From a virus (Duplodnaviria > Caudoviricetes), in the IMG/VR virus record IMGVR_UViG_3300017707_001293, positions 1 through 29,645 of that record: a stretch of 29,645 nt of DNA, one strand, 5' to 3'. Below, piece after piece: positions 18,101-26,596 of this stretch; the stretch's first letter is position 1, and every line of letters begins with the position of its first letter. The notes below the pieces were generated by a model, which had not been told where the DNA came from, did no database searches, and saw nothing but the letters and a program-made list of their open reading frames with translations. The position numbers and the translations under genes are program-made.

Positions 18101-19039
18101 GTCAACAAGCTGCTGGCTCCCGGTGTAGAGTTCGAGACCGACGCTTCAGGCTACGTCAACACGGTCCCGCTTACTCGGCCCACTACGGGGGTTGCCCTGT
18201 CCGGTATCCGACTCCGCGCCCAGGTCGACGGCCTCGGGTGGATGCTCCAGGCACGCAGCTACGAGGCTGAGAGCAAGACCACGTTCACTCCGGTTACCAC
18301 CGCGACAACGGCTACCCTGCTGGACTCCAACCACCAGCTCGAGGGCGTTGTTCAGGTCATCTTCGACACGACGGACACGGATAAGTCTGTTGCGTTGCCT
18401 GCCCCATCCGCAGCCTACGCTGGTCGCAAGTTCAAGCTGATCGCCTACAAGAGCGCAACGGCTGGATCTCGTAAGGTTTCCCTCGTCGTCAACGGCGGTG
18501 GGTCCACGATCTTGAATCCGTTCACCTCCACGGTGGTCGCCAGCTACGTGCTTTGCAATGTCGCCACGGGGGTCGTTGCGTGCGGCGTGGACCTGTTCTG
18601 CGATGGCACCAACTGGATCGTAACCCCGATAGTGCCCCTCCAGGTGTCCGAGGCATACACGGGTGGGTCAAGCTACGCTCTGACGAACGCCTACGCCAAC
18701 GTCACTTTCGGAGGCTCGGCCCAGTCCGTTTCGCTCCCGATCCCAGGAACCTATCTGGTGACCTATTCGTATGGCGTTGCAGGCCCTTCTGCGGTAGCCC
18801 CACACCCCGTATACTCCAGGCTCAACGACTCTGTCGCGGGAGCCATTGCTAAGTCCGTTGCAGGATCCACTCCGCAGGACAAGGACGTCGACGACAGCGA
18901 TCAAGTCACCAAGACGTTTATATACACCAGCACCTCGGCGCGGACGCTGACGTTGCAGGCGTATCAAGACACAGCAGCGACGGCTACTATATACAGTGAC
19001 TATACATACGTAGGAGCTGTGCTGTTGAACCAATCCTGA
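15188..19039 (+). CDS. Tailspike/depolymerase with parallel beta-helix and multiple accessory domains
   Basis: GYYNPGDGGGGLFRY N-module, PEFFGAVA..NTAAF, IRGAGKGRTSIKL, VEDLTLDGN (pectate-lyase-3-like entry), beta-helix repeats, C1q/BclA-like C-terminus (PGTYLVTYS). Confidence 0.85.
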   Translation: MASTLQPVSCACCEPEVATTTTTSSSGALLSFASMAAFYAANVTGIPANGCVEILGYYNPGDGGGGLFRYDPLDVSSPDDGGRILVNGTRKFKRVINTTDPILPEFFGAVANVATQAQAVINTAAFRKCVAYYNRIDALGAAGYPDASASPSAYTYYIDNDIRVTNGTRIRGAGKGRTSIKLLANNAQVAARVAAGNGYFYAIIETNTAADALVGEVYGLPYGKSDNVVVEDLTLDGNASNIAANRCTIQGTDVRGCNFNCRRVLVTGVSSSSPGYSGTECFPIFATFHADTTDATGHKVVDCEVTGAADGGTAGGGREISAITLSGRSGLLARGIVVTGCWVHDMTITASQPSSLHGISLGYSEGSQIIGNVVSDFDGAAVYIDTGTLKESIVADNLFDQVRFGVYYACTHSGGGVGSIYVEDALIHDNIINLISTSRSVDPGVAFYGVVLGVNAGVTELVFNRLVVRENTVYGTGFTQTIANLTGDTTNASTLVTGVTAGVMHAGYFVTGAGIPANATCLLEPGALDTFFYLSAAATATATGVALTVSQKYYPRGFGLLVPAAANYSGVLVQDNVFETPDVGILTSYYFATTPYSLAGYFAFTYSFDATRAKWAFNRNKLGEAVPATVVYYNYYPAFKLFGGGIRNETFNPNEWPTDIDESWYNETTRARFSAKKLFDEVPSGDIQIGILYQVALGLANTDIVEYNDNSVANCATTNTSPIITVPDTAQLGLRYLVEGSGIPLNSYITEINGPTTVTISQNATATASPVTLRFLWRAALSGNRAGVCNYTNASTNVTCADTSLLGIGEEVVDAAFLNAGTRISAITGPTAFTVSAAAIATGSSTPYINPAAGALGNGGTFDGINGESTYTATGVAKVYEHVSYSWQIEGSDIWQYGSASTYVSAAILDRDRMFYGHFSVVFGTDDSEKYVYLPDPADYAGREFFLVVKKGATTGARAINLRVGTPSAYNVNKLLAPGVEFETDASGYVNTVPLTRPTTGVALSGIRLRAQVDGLGWMLQARSYEAESKTTFTPVTTATTATLLDSNHQLEGVVQVIFDTTDTDKSVALPAPSAAYAGRKFKLIAYKSATAGSRKVSLVVNGGGSTILNPFTSTVVASYVLCNVATGVVACGVDLFCDGTNWIVTPIVPLQVSEAYTGGSSYALTNAYANVTFGGSAQSVSLPIPGTYLVTYSYGVAGPSAVAPHPVYSRLNDSVAGAIAKSVAGSTPQDKDVDDSDQVTKTFIYTSTSARTLTLQAYQDTAATATIYSDYTYVGAVLLNQS

Positions 19040-20820
19040 TGCTCGCTAACGCCAACATGGTTCTCGATGGGTTTCTCACCCTGGAGCAGGGTGTGGACAG
19101 CGGGAAGTCCCCGTCTTTGGTGGGCTCCAATCAGGCGGCGTATTCGCTCAACCTAACCTATCGTGGGGGATTCCCTACAACGCGCCCCGGTTGGATTACT
19201 CGGGACGACGACTGGGAAAGCGCAACGCAGAGATCCGCGTTCAAGACCGGGAAATTCCAGGGCGCGGGCGTCTACCATCCAGACTTCGGTAACGACGATC
19301 TCTTTGCGTCGGTGTCCGGTAGGATCTACCGATTCGTGTGGGGCGCGGCAAACACATGGACTGCCATGGATGTGACGCCGGGGATCACCGACGTCGACCC
19401 TGTAGGAGACCCCAACCCATCGCTGCTCCCTAAGGCCACGTTCTGCCAAGCGGAGAACTTCCTCCTGATTCAGGACGATTTCTCAACCTGCTTGATCTGG
19501 GATGGGTCTGTTCTACGCAGAGCGACTTATGGAGAGGTGCCGATCGGAAGCGTGATGACCTACGGTATCGGCCGTCTGTGGGTGGCTAGGGGGAACGAAT
19601 ACGTCGGTGGCGACATTGTGGGCGGTCCCAGCGGAACTGAAGCCAACGCCTATCGCGATTCGGTGATCAAGTTCACAGAGAACACGTACATTGCGGAGGG
19701 TGGTGCGTTCTCGGTCAATGGCAACATCACGTCGCTCACTTTTGTTTCGGACCTTGACACGGCGACGGGTGAAGGATTCTTGACCATCTCAACGCTTGAT
19801 CGAGTCTACACCAACCGTGTCCCTGCCGATCGGCTATCCTGGAAGGATTTCTCAGAGCCCATCCAGAAAGTGATCCAACTCAACTACGGTGCTGCGGGAG
19901 ACCGTTGCGTGACGGCCGTAAATGGGGACCTCTACTACAGGTCCACAGACGGAGTCCGTTCCTTGGTCATGGCGATCCGCAGGTTCCAGGAGCCCGGGAA
20001 CACCCCGATCTCTGCCGAGGTGACACGACCCATCGAAGCGGATGATGTGTCCTTGCTCAACCACGCGTCCTCGGTGCTGTTCGACAACCGCCTGCACGTT
20101 ACCGTCTCCCCCTACCGGACATCGAGCGGTGTGTGCTTTCAAGGCGAGGTGGTCCTAGACTTCGACATCGTCTCAGGCATCCGCAACAAGCTCCCTGCGG
20201 CTTGGGAGGGCGCGTGGAGTGGTCCCCAGATCTTGCAGTTGCTCAAGGCCCGTATCAACGGCGTCGATCGCCTGTTCGCGTTTGTGCGAACCAGCGCGGG
20301 AGAGATTGCCATCCAAGAGCGTAGCGTTGAAGAAACCACCGATGACGGTGAGTCTATCTCGTGGTTCCTGGAGACGTGCAGCTTCAAGGCTGGCTCTGCC
20401 CTGGAGTTGAAGAAGCTCTCGGGCGGTGACCTTTGGATGGATCGTATCGACGGCGACGTAGCGATGTCCGTGAGCTTCCGTCCCGACCAATACCCCGGCT
20501 GGGTAGCGTGGCACTCCTGGACTGAATGCACCACGGTTGCGGACTGCTTGCTCGTCGGTGGGTGTCTTCCCATGCTCAACCGTCAGCAGGGCTACTTCTC
20601 AAGGCGCAAGCTGCCCGAGCCTACGGAGTCGTGCAATTCGTATGCGGGTCGGCCATTCCGACTGGGCTACGAGTTCCAGTTCAAGATCCAAGGGTCTGGT
20701 CATTTGCGCTTGCGTAACTTCCGCATGATCGCCAACAAGGTGATTGACAACCCCAACGGTGATTGTCCTGGAACATCGACGTGTCAGCTGCTAGAAACAT
20801 GCGCGGGTATGGATCTGTGA
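19039..20820 (+). CDS. Tail nozzle/DNA stabilisation protein (P22 gp10/T7 gp12-like)
   Basis: 593 aa beta-rich; N-terminal GVDSG..P...NL..RGG...RPG, GRLWVA, DLYYRSTDGVRSL; podovirus tail position. Confidence 0.75.
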   Translation: MLANANMVLDGFLTLEQGVDSGKSPSLVGSNQAAYSLNLTYRGGFPTTRPGWITRDDDWESATQRSAFKTGKFQGAGVYHPDFGNDDLFASVSGRIYRFVWGAANTWTAMDVTPGITDVDPVGDPNPSLLPKATFCQAENFLLIQDDFSTCLIWDGSVLRRATYGEVPIGSVMTYGIGRLWVARGNEYVGGDIVGGPSGTEANAYRDSVIKFTENTYIAEGGAFSVNGNITSLTFVSDLDTATGEGFLTISTLDRVYTNRVPADRLSWKDFSEPIQKVIQLNYGAAGDRCVTAVNGDLYYRSTDGVRSLVMAIRRFQEPGNTPISAEVTRPIEADDVSLLNHASSVLFDNRLHVTVSPYRTSSGVCFQGEVVLDFDIVSGIRNKLPAAWEGAWSGPQILQLLKARINGVDRLFAFVRTSAGEIAIQERSVEETTDDGESISWFLETCSFKAGSALELKKLSGGDLWMDRIDGDVAMSVSFRPDQYPGWVAWHSWTECTTVADCLLVGGCLPMLNRQQGYFSRRKLPEPTESCNSYAGRPFRLGYEFQFKIQGSGHLRLRNFRMIANKVIDNPNGDCPGTSTCQLLETCAGMDL

Positions 20821-20821
20821 T

Positions 20822-21541
20822 ATGCCAATCAATCTTCCAATCCACCTCAATCCGTTCTCGTTTCCGTCAGGCTATTGCCCGACGTCGTGGAACCAGTTCG
20901 TCGCTGACTTCGTTGCTCGCACCACGGGATACCTAGAGGGAAGCTACAACACGTTCAACTACGGGCAGACTGCACCTACGGACCCGAACGATCGGATGAA
21001 GCCGTGGTTGAAGTTAGACACGAACGGGTTCCCCGTATCCTGGTATGTGTGGGTTGGCAACACGGTCGCTGCTTGGGTGTGGCCGCACGAGATCCAGGCG
21101 GGTAGCGGCTTTCGTCAGATCTACACAGGACTGCCTGCAACCATCGACACGCTTGATGGTGGGGAAGCTGGCGCTGTTACGGATTCCTCAGGTCCTTTCT
21201 GGGCAATCGACTCTGTGTTTGAGGCACGCTCTCCGATGGGTGTTGCTGCGGTGATCCCGGGGACGGCTACCCCCTTTCCGGTGACTACCAACTACGGCGA
21301 GGCGCAGCACACGCTCACCCTTGCGGAGATCCCCGACCATACCCATACGATTTCGGCAACGCCACCAACCTACGACATCAACGGAGCTAGCACGCGTACG
21401 TTGTTTGGCACGGGCGACTACTTCACGACAACGGGCAACACTGGAACATCTGGCGGTGGCGACGAGCACAACAACGTGCACCCTGTGATCGCCGTCTACT
21501 TCCTCAAGCGCACGGCGCGGATCTACAGGAGGGCCTCTTGA
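20822..21541 (+). CDS. Short tail fibre/collar-like protein
   Basis: GEAQHTLTLAEIPDHTH...HNNVHPVIAVYFLKRT, a tail-collar/needle tip pattern with HxH. Confidence 0.75.
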   Translation: MPINLPIHLNPFSFPSGYCPTSWNQFVADFVARTTGYLEGSYNTFNYGQTAPTDPNDRMKPWLKLDTNGFPVSWYVWVGNTVAAWVWPHEIQAGSGFRQIYTGLPATIDTLDGGEAGAVTDSSGPFWAIDSVFEARSPMGVAAVIPGTATPFPVTTNYGEAQHTLTLAEIPDHTHTISATPPTYDINGASTRTLFGTGDYFTTTGNTGTSGGGDEHNNVHPVIAVYFLKRTARIYRRAS

Positions 21542-22518
21542 AGAAGACCCTTGGAGACGCGAAGCGAGAGCGCATACCCGAGCAGCTGTCCCTGTGTTCG
21601 GACAGCCCTAAGGTGGTCGCCTTTATCAACGAGGCGCAGCAGCGTTTGCTCCAGCGTCCCGAAAAGTTCTGGGGCACCTACGCACGCTACCGTTGCAACG
21701 TCTACGACAAGTGCCTCACATGGCCCCGGCATTTTGCTACGCTGGAACTGGCTGCGGTCAACAACACCCCTGTGGTGGTCCGCAACCTCTGGTTCGAGTT
21801 CTTGGAGTCTGGGTGGGGCATCCGAGACTGCGACTCCTGCGATCTTCAGATGCTCGACAAAGGCAACGCTGCGGCGTTTGAGGACATCTGCGGATCCAAC
21901 AAGAAGATCAAGGTCTATTGCGACGTCACCGAAACCGCAGGCTCGCGCATCTTGCTCCAGGGTTACGACCAGAGCGGCAACTGGATCCGAACGATGGACG
22001 CAGGCAACTGGGTGGACGGGGAATATGTTCTTCTCAACGCCGTCACGCCGCAGATGACAGTCAACGTATTCAGCGCATTCACGGGTGCCATCAAGCCGCT
22101 GACCAACGGAACGGTTCGACTTTACGAATACGACACGACGCTTGCCACGCAGCGTCCGATCGCGATCTACGAGTGGGACGAAGAGGTACCCAACTATCGA
22201 CGGTCCTTTATCCCTGGGCTGACGTTCAACGCCACCACGGGCTATGCCACGGTTGAAGTGATAGCCAAGCTCGACCACATCCCCGTCCGCAACGACAACG
22301 ACTATCTGATCATTGGAAACATCCCAGCCTTGAAAGAGATGTGCCTTGCGATTAAGCACTACGAGGAGAACGCGGTGCAGCTCGGCCAGCTGGCTGAAGG
22401 TCGTGCCGTGCAACTGATGAAGAACGAAGCCCGTCACTACGAAGGTGCTGGTAAGGTCGTCCCTCTCCGCATGGAGGGCTCGACGTGGGGTGTAGGCAAC
22501 ATGCCGCAGGTTTATTGA
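21538..22518 (+). CDS. Head-tail adaptor / tail tubular protein A-like
   Basis: TTG start overlapping previous stop; VVAFINEAQQRL N-terminal helix and C-terminal helical pair typical of adaptors. Confidence 0.65.
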   Translation: MKKTLGDAKRERIPEQLSLCSDSPKVVAFINEAQQRLLQRPEKFWGTYARYRCNVYDKCLTWPRHFATLELAAVNNTPVVVRNLWFEFLESGWGIRDCDSCDLQMLDKGNAAAFEDICGSNKKIKVYCDVTETAGSRILLQGYDQSGNWIRTMDAGNWVDGEYVLLNAVTPQMTVNVFSAFTGAIKPLTNGTVRLYEYDTTLATQRPIAIYEWDEEVPNYRRSFIPGLTFNATTGYATVEVIAKLDHIPVRNDNDYLIIGNIPALKEMCLAIKHYEENAVQLGQLAEGRAVQLMKNEARHYEGAGKVVPLRMEGSTWGVGNMPQVY

Positions 22519-22519
22519 T

Positions 22520-23404
22520 ATGGGACCGCTCGCACTACTTGGAATCGGCGCAGGAACCTCTTTGCTAGGGGGCCTTTTCGGCTCGGGCAAGAAGGTCAAA
22601 GTCCCGCAGTATCAGCGGACGGACATCTCGGGCGAGCAGAAGAAGGCCGTCGAAGGCAACCTCGCTATCCTGCCCGAGGCTGAGAAGCTCGCCACCAAGA
22701 CCAACCTTTTCAACCAATCCCAGCTGATGGCCTCGCTGCGTGGTGCCGTCCCAGGCATCGACGCCATCCAAGAGCAGGCTTCTGAGAACTTGGTGAGCCA
22801 GTTGCGCGGAGAGATCCCCAAGGACGTCCAAGAGCAGATCCAACGCTCCGGCGCAACCAAGGCCCTTTATGGTGGGTTCGGGGGAAGTGCCGCTGGCCGG
22901 AACCTCGTTGCTCGGGATCTCGGTCTGACCTCCCTGGCGATCGCCGATAAGGCCCTGGATAGCACAAGCCGATGGATCGCTACAGCCAAGAACACGATGG
23001 TAGCCCCGCAGCTGGATGTCACTTCGATGTTCGTCACCCCGTCTCAGCGGATCGCGATCACCCAAGCCGACAACCAAGCGGAGTTCGGCCGAAACATGTC
23101 GGCGGCAACGGTGGCTGCACAGCCTGATCCTACGATGGCTGCACTTGGTGGAATGCTGAGTCAGGTTGGAGGGTTTGCTGTCGGTAAAGGCTTGGGTGGC
23201 TTGACGAGCCCTCCCCCAACGGCTCCGTCCACGGGCGGTCTTGAGTGGGGCTCGATGCCTAGCGCACCGTCCTTTGGTGGCAACAGCGGCTACAACACGG
23301 CCGTCACGCAACCTTTCGGTTGGAACATCGGCGGGGCGTCCCCGTGGAACAGCAACGGATTCTACACCCCGCAAGTCGGAAACCCAACCCTCATGGGGGC
23401 TTAG
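22520..23404 (+). CDS. Ejection (DNA pilot) protein
   Basis: Gly/Leu-rich hydrophobic N-terminus, GGFGGS motif, Gly-rich hydrophobic segment near C-terminus; follows tail genes. Confidence 0.7.
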   Translation: MGPLALLGIGAGTSLLGGLFGSGKKVKVPQYQRTDISGEQKKAVEGNLAILPEAEKLATKTNLFNQSQLMASLRGAVPGIDAIQEQASENLVSQLRGEIPKDVQEQIQRSGATKALYGGFGGSAAGRNLVARDLGLTSLAIADKALDSTSRWIATAKNTMVAPQLDVTSMFVTPSQRIAITQADNQAEFGRNMSAATVAAQPDPTMAALGGMLSQVGGFAVGKGLGGLTSPPPTAPSTGGLEWGSMPSAPSFGGNSGYNTAVTQPFGWNIGGASPWNSNGFYTPQVGNPTLMGA

Positions 23405-23406
23405 TT

Positions 23407-24243
23407 ATGGCGAACGAATTTTCGGCAGGCTTTGGTCAGGGTTTGCAGTCGGCGCAATCCGATCGCGAATACCTCATGCAGAAGGCACGGTTCGACGCCG
23501 AGGCTCCGATGCGTGCCGCCCAGATCTCTTTGCTCGGTTCCCAGGTCAGGAGCGCCAACACCCGCGCCGTCACGGAAGCTCTCGCAGCGGAGAACGCCGT
23601 CAAGGCCCAGGAGAGCATGGCCGAGGCGTTGGACTTCTCCAGCCAAATCGCGGGTCAGTACACGCCCGAGAACGAGGCACGGCTCTATGGGTTTGTGAAG
23701 CAGAAGCCCTGGCTTGCGAACACCCCGTGGTTCACAGGGATGGCGAAAGACTTCGATACGTCTAGGACGTTGCAAAGCCGGGAAGACTTGCTGACTGACA
23801 GACTCAATTACGAGCGTCTCAACCGCGAGAAAATCATTCAGGGTCAGATGGACATCGAGAAGTCCAAGGAGGCTGCTCGAACGGCCCTTGAAGCAGACAA
23901 GGCTAAGGCTCGGGCGGATCTTGAGGAAGAGAAATCCAAAGGCAAGAAGGAGCCCTCGGCGTCGTCCAAGCTGGTCAACGAACGTGCCGGGATCGCAGCA
24001 CTTCAGAAGGAAGGTTACACATACGCGCAAGCTCGCAAGAAGTATCAGTCCATGTCGGAGCTTGAGGCCCTACCTCCTGAGGATCCCCGAAAGACGTTGG
24101 AAGCGTTCTACGAAGCCCGAAAGTCGGAGCCTTCGTTGACCTATGAGCAGTTCACTGGGGAGCCCCGAGCAGCTAAACCAGCAGCTGCACCCAAAGGCTT
24201 CAAGGTCGTCCGCAAGTTTGACTTCACGCCGACGACCAAATAG
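23407..24243 (+). CDS. Ejection protein, helical
   Basis: ATG at 23407 (MANEFSAGFGQGLQ...), charged coiled-coil composition. Confidence 0.65.
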   Translation: MANEFSAGFGQGLQSAQSDREYLMQKARFDAEAPMRAAQISLLGSQVRSANTRAVTEALAAENAVKAQESMAEALDFSSQIAGQYTPENEARLYGFVKQKPWLANTPWFTGMAKDFDTSRTLQSREDLLTDRLNYERLNREKIIQGQMDIEKSKEAARTALEADKAKARADLEEEKSKGKKEPSASSKLVNERAGIAALQKEGYTYAQARKKYQSMSELEALPPEDPRKTLEAFYEARKSEPSLTYEQFTGEPRAAKPAAAPKGFKVVRKFDFTPTTK

Positions 24244-24254
24244 GCTCCTTTGCA

Positions 24255-26285
24255 ATGCCAAAGTATCTCGATGTCGATGGGGTTGGAGTCGTCGAGTTCC
24301 CCGACAACGCTCCTGACGAGTTCATCTCGGAGACGATCCGTCGAGAATACCCGAACGCCAAGGGTGCTGATCTGCTGGCACCTGAAGACGAAGCCCTGAC
24401 ACCCACTCCTGCAGTAACCCCACCTACGGATCGTTGGCTCGCTACGTCCTCCCTGTTGCGCGGCATCGACAACTTGCAGTCCTCCCTCTACGGAGCCGGG
24501 GCTGCGGCATCGCAAGCTTTGGGGGCTGAGAACGCACGGGATTGGTTTCTGACGGGCTACCTCCGCAACGTCAAAGAGGCTGAGGAGAATCCCGCGCGGA
24601 TCAAAGACTTCACGAACATCATCGCCAAAGACGGAGGCATCACGGAGTCCATCTCCCGTGGAGCCACGTATGCTCTTGAAGGTATCTTTGAGAATCTACC
24701 CACGATGCTCCCGGCGATGGTGACGGGCGGCGGGGCTGCAATCCTGGCTACCGCTGGCAAGAAAGCCGCGATGACGGCTGCGGGAATGACGGCTGAACAA
24801 GTAGCTGCGGCCATCGCTAAACGCAGCTTGATTGCAGGAACTGCCGGGGCGTATGCGGCCAACGCGGCCCAAGAGATCGGTTCCATCACAGGGGACATTT
24901 ACGAGAAGACCGGAAAGGTTGAGCCAGGGATCGCTGGGATCTACGGGGCTACGGCTGCGGGTCTCGAAACCGCTGCGGATCTAGCAGGTGCTGGCAAGCT
25001 CATGGATATTGCGGAGCGCAAGTTCCTGGCAAAGATGCTCGGGGAAGGCGTTGCTAAGGAAGTGTCCGGTAGGTTGTCCACTCGGGTCGCCAAGGGTGCG
25101 ATCAACCAAGCCGGGGTTGAGAGTCTGACCGAAAGTGTCCAGACGGCCATTGAGCAAGCAGCGGTCTCCCACGCAGATCCCAACACCCCTTTCTGGACGC
25201 AGCAGAACCTCAACGCCATTGTCGATTCGGCTCTCAAAGCTGGCGTTGCTGGTGGTGCCTTCGGTGCAGCGACGGGTTTCAGGAAGCCTGCGACTGAGGC
25301 AGGAACCACGGTCGAGGACGTGCCGCCACCCACGGAAACCGCAGGCGAAGACGCTGGGATCCCATTGCAGGAGGACCTTACCCGAGCGGACCTTGAAAGA
25401 ACCGCCATAGATTTGAGCAGGACGGCCCCTCTAACAGCTCAGGCAATACTAGAGTCCATCCCGGCTTCGACCCCTGTTCCTGAGGCTCCTGCTGCGCCTG
25501 TCGAGGAAACGGTGACCCCGGCCGCTCCTACGGTCGAGGAGATCAAGCTGGCTGTGGGCGAAGCCCCGGCTCTTGCGGTCGTCAGCGAACCCGACGCCGA
25601 GTGGAACGCTCGATCGTTCTTCGATCCCGAAACCAAGGAGCTCACGGGTATTGCGATCAATCAAGCCAAGGTCACCTCCGTTGCCGAGGCCCAAGACGTT
25701 TTCGAGCATGAGCTCTCCCACGGTGCGTCCGAGGACGGATCCATCGACAGTCTTTTGCAGACGCTGGCTCCCGAGGAGTCCACAGCCATCGATCAGGACA
25801 TCGCCGCCCTAGGGTATGACCCCGAGGTTGTCGAGCGCGAGAAGGTGGCCCGTGCCGTGGACACCCTTCGCAAAACCTGGGCTGATCGCGGATGGTTCCA
25901 ACAGGTGGTCGGCAAGGTGCTGGAGATCGCAAACAAGGCAGGCTTCAGGCTGACCCGACTCGCCGCAGAGTCCATCGCCATCAAAGCCGTTGCAAGGGCA
26001 CGGACAAAGTTCCAATCAATTTCTCCGCAAGGAGAGGCCGTCACGGAGTCGCTACCTACGACTGTCGTCGGTGCTCCTGGGGTGGTGGCCCCGGGAGTTT
26101 CTCTCGAACCGGAGCCCCTCACAGAGGTTGAAGCAGCAGTCCCTGTGGTGTTGCCGATCACGCGCACGGACAAGAAGGGCGTCTCCAAGACCGAGGAGTT
26201 GAGACTCCCGGCCGCTAAAATGGAGAAGCTCCACAAAGATCGGTTGGACATGATCAAGAAACTGCGGGATTGTCTTGGGTTATGA
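24255..26285 (+). CDS. Large ejection/polyvalent protein with HExxH metallopeptidase-like motif
   Basis: N-terminal VEFPDNAPDEFI, Ala/Gly-rich membrane-type helices, ESLTESVQ motif, HELSH at 25707-25721, ends KKLRDCLGL. Confidence 0.75.
   Translation: MPKYLDVDGVGVVEFPDNAPDEFISETIRREYPNAKGADLLAPEDEALTPTPAVTPPTDRWLATSSLLRGIDNLQSSLYGAGAAASQALGAENARDWFLTGYLRNVKEAEENPARIKDFTNIIAKDGGITESISRGATYALEGIFENLPTMLPAMVTGGGAAILATAGKKAAMTAAGMTAEQVAAAIAKRSLIAGTAGAYAANAAQEIGSITGDIYEKTGKVEPGIAGIYGATAAGLETAADLAGAGKLMDIAERKFLAKMLGEGVAKEVSGRLSTRVAKGAINQAGVESLTESVQTAIEQAAVSHADPNTPFWTQQNLNAIVDSALKAGVAGGAFGAATGFRKPATEAGTTVEDVPPPTETAGEDAGIPLQEDLTRADLERTAIDLSRTAPLTAQAILESIPASTPVPEAPAAPVEETVTPAAPTVEEIKLAVGEAPALAVVSEPDAEWNARSFFDPETKELTGIAINQAKVTSVAEAQDVFEHELSHGASEDGSIDSLLQTLAPEESTAIDQDIAALGYDPEVVEREKVARAVDTLRKTWADRGWFQQVVGKVLEIANKAGFRLTRLAAESIAIKAVARARTKFQSISPQGEAVTESLPTTVVGAPGVVAPGVSLEPEPLTEVEAAVPVVLPITRTDKKGVSKTEELRLPAAKMEKLHKDRLDMIKKLRDCLGL
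26262..26275 (+). repeat. Direct repeat copy 1 (CTGCGGGATTGTCT)
   Basis: 13/14 identical to 28580-28593; both encode LRDCL in frame. Confidence 0.8.
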
Positions 26286-26596
26286 CGCTCGATGAAGAGG
26301 ATCTCGATGAGTTGCGTGGCCTCGGTGCAGGGTCTCTCAAGGGCTCTACTCCCGAGGAGCCTGAAGACAAGGAGGACACTCGACTTGCGGAAGCTCTTGA
26401 AAAGCTGGCTGAAGTTCTTCGCAATCCGCCTGCTGCGAAAGCTCCTGTGGTCAATGTCTCCTCTCCTACGGTTTCTCCGCAGATCACGGTGAGCGAATCG
26501 GTTCGCAAGCCTCAGGCTTGGAGGTTCCAAATCTCGCGTGACCAATTTGGGCGCATGGAGCAAGTTCTAGCATGGCCAACGACAATACCCGAGTAA
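26282..26596 (+). CDS. Hypothetical protein (104 aa) with PVVNV and C-terminal ISRDQFGRM motifs
   Basis: ATGA overlap with upstream gene; motifs resemble tails seen on some phage portal proteins. Confidence 0.7.
   Translation: MTLDEEDLDELRGLGAGSLKGSTPEEPEDKEDTRLAEALEKLAEVLRNPPAAKAPVVNVSSPTVSPQITVSESVRKPQAWRFQISRDQFGRMEQVLAWPTTIPE

Noticed and set aside
11848-19039. Diversity-generating retroelement or invertible tail-fibre system
   Set aside because: No reverse transcriptase, invertase, or adenine-variant TR/VR repeat pair seen in the window.
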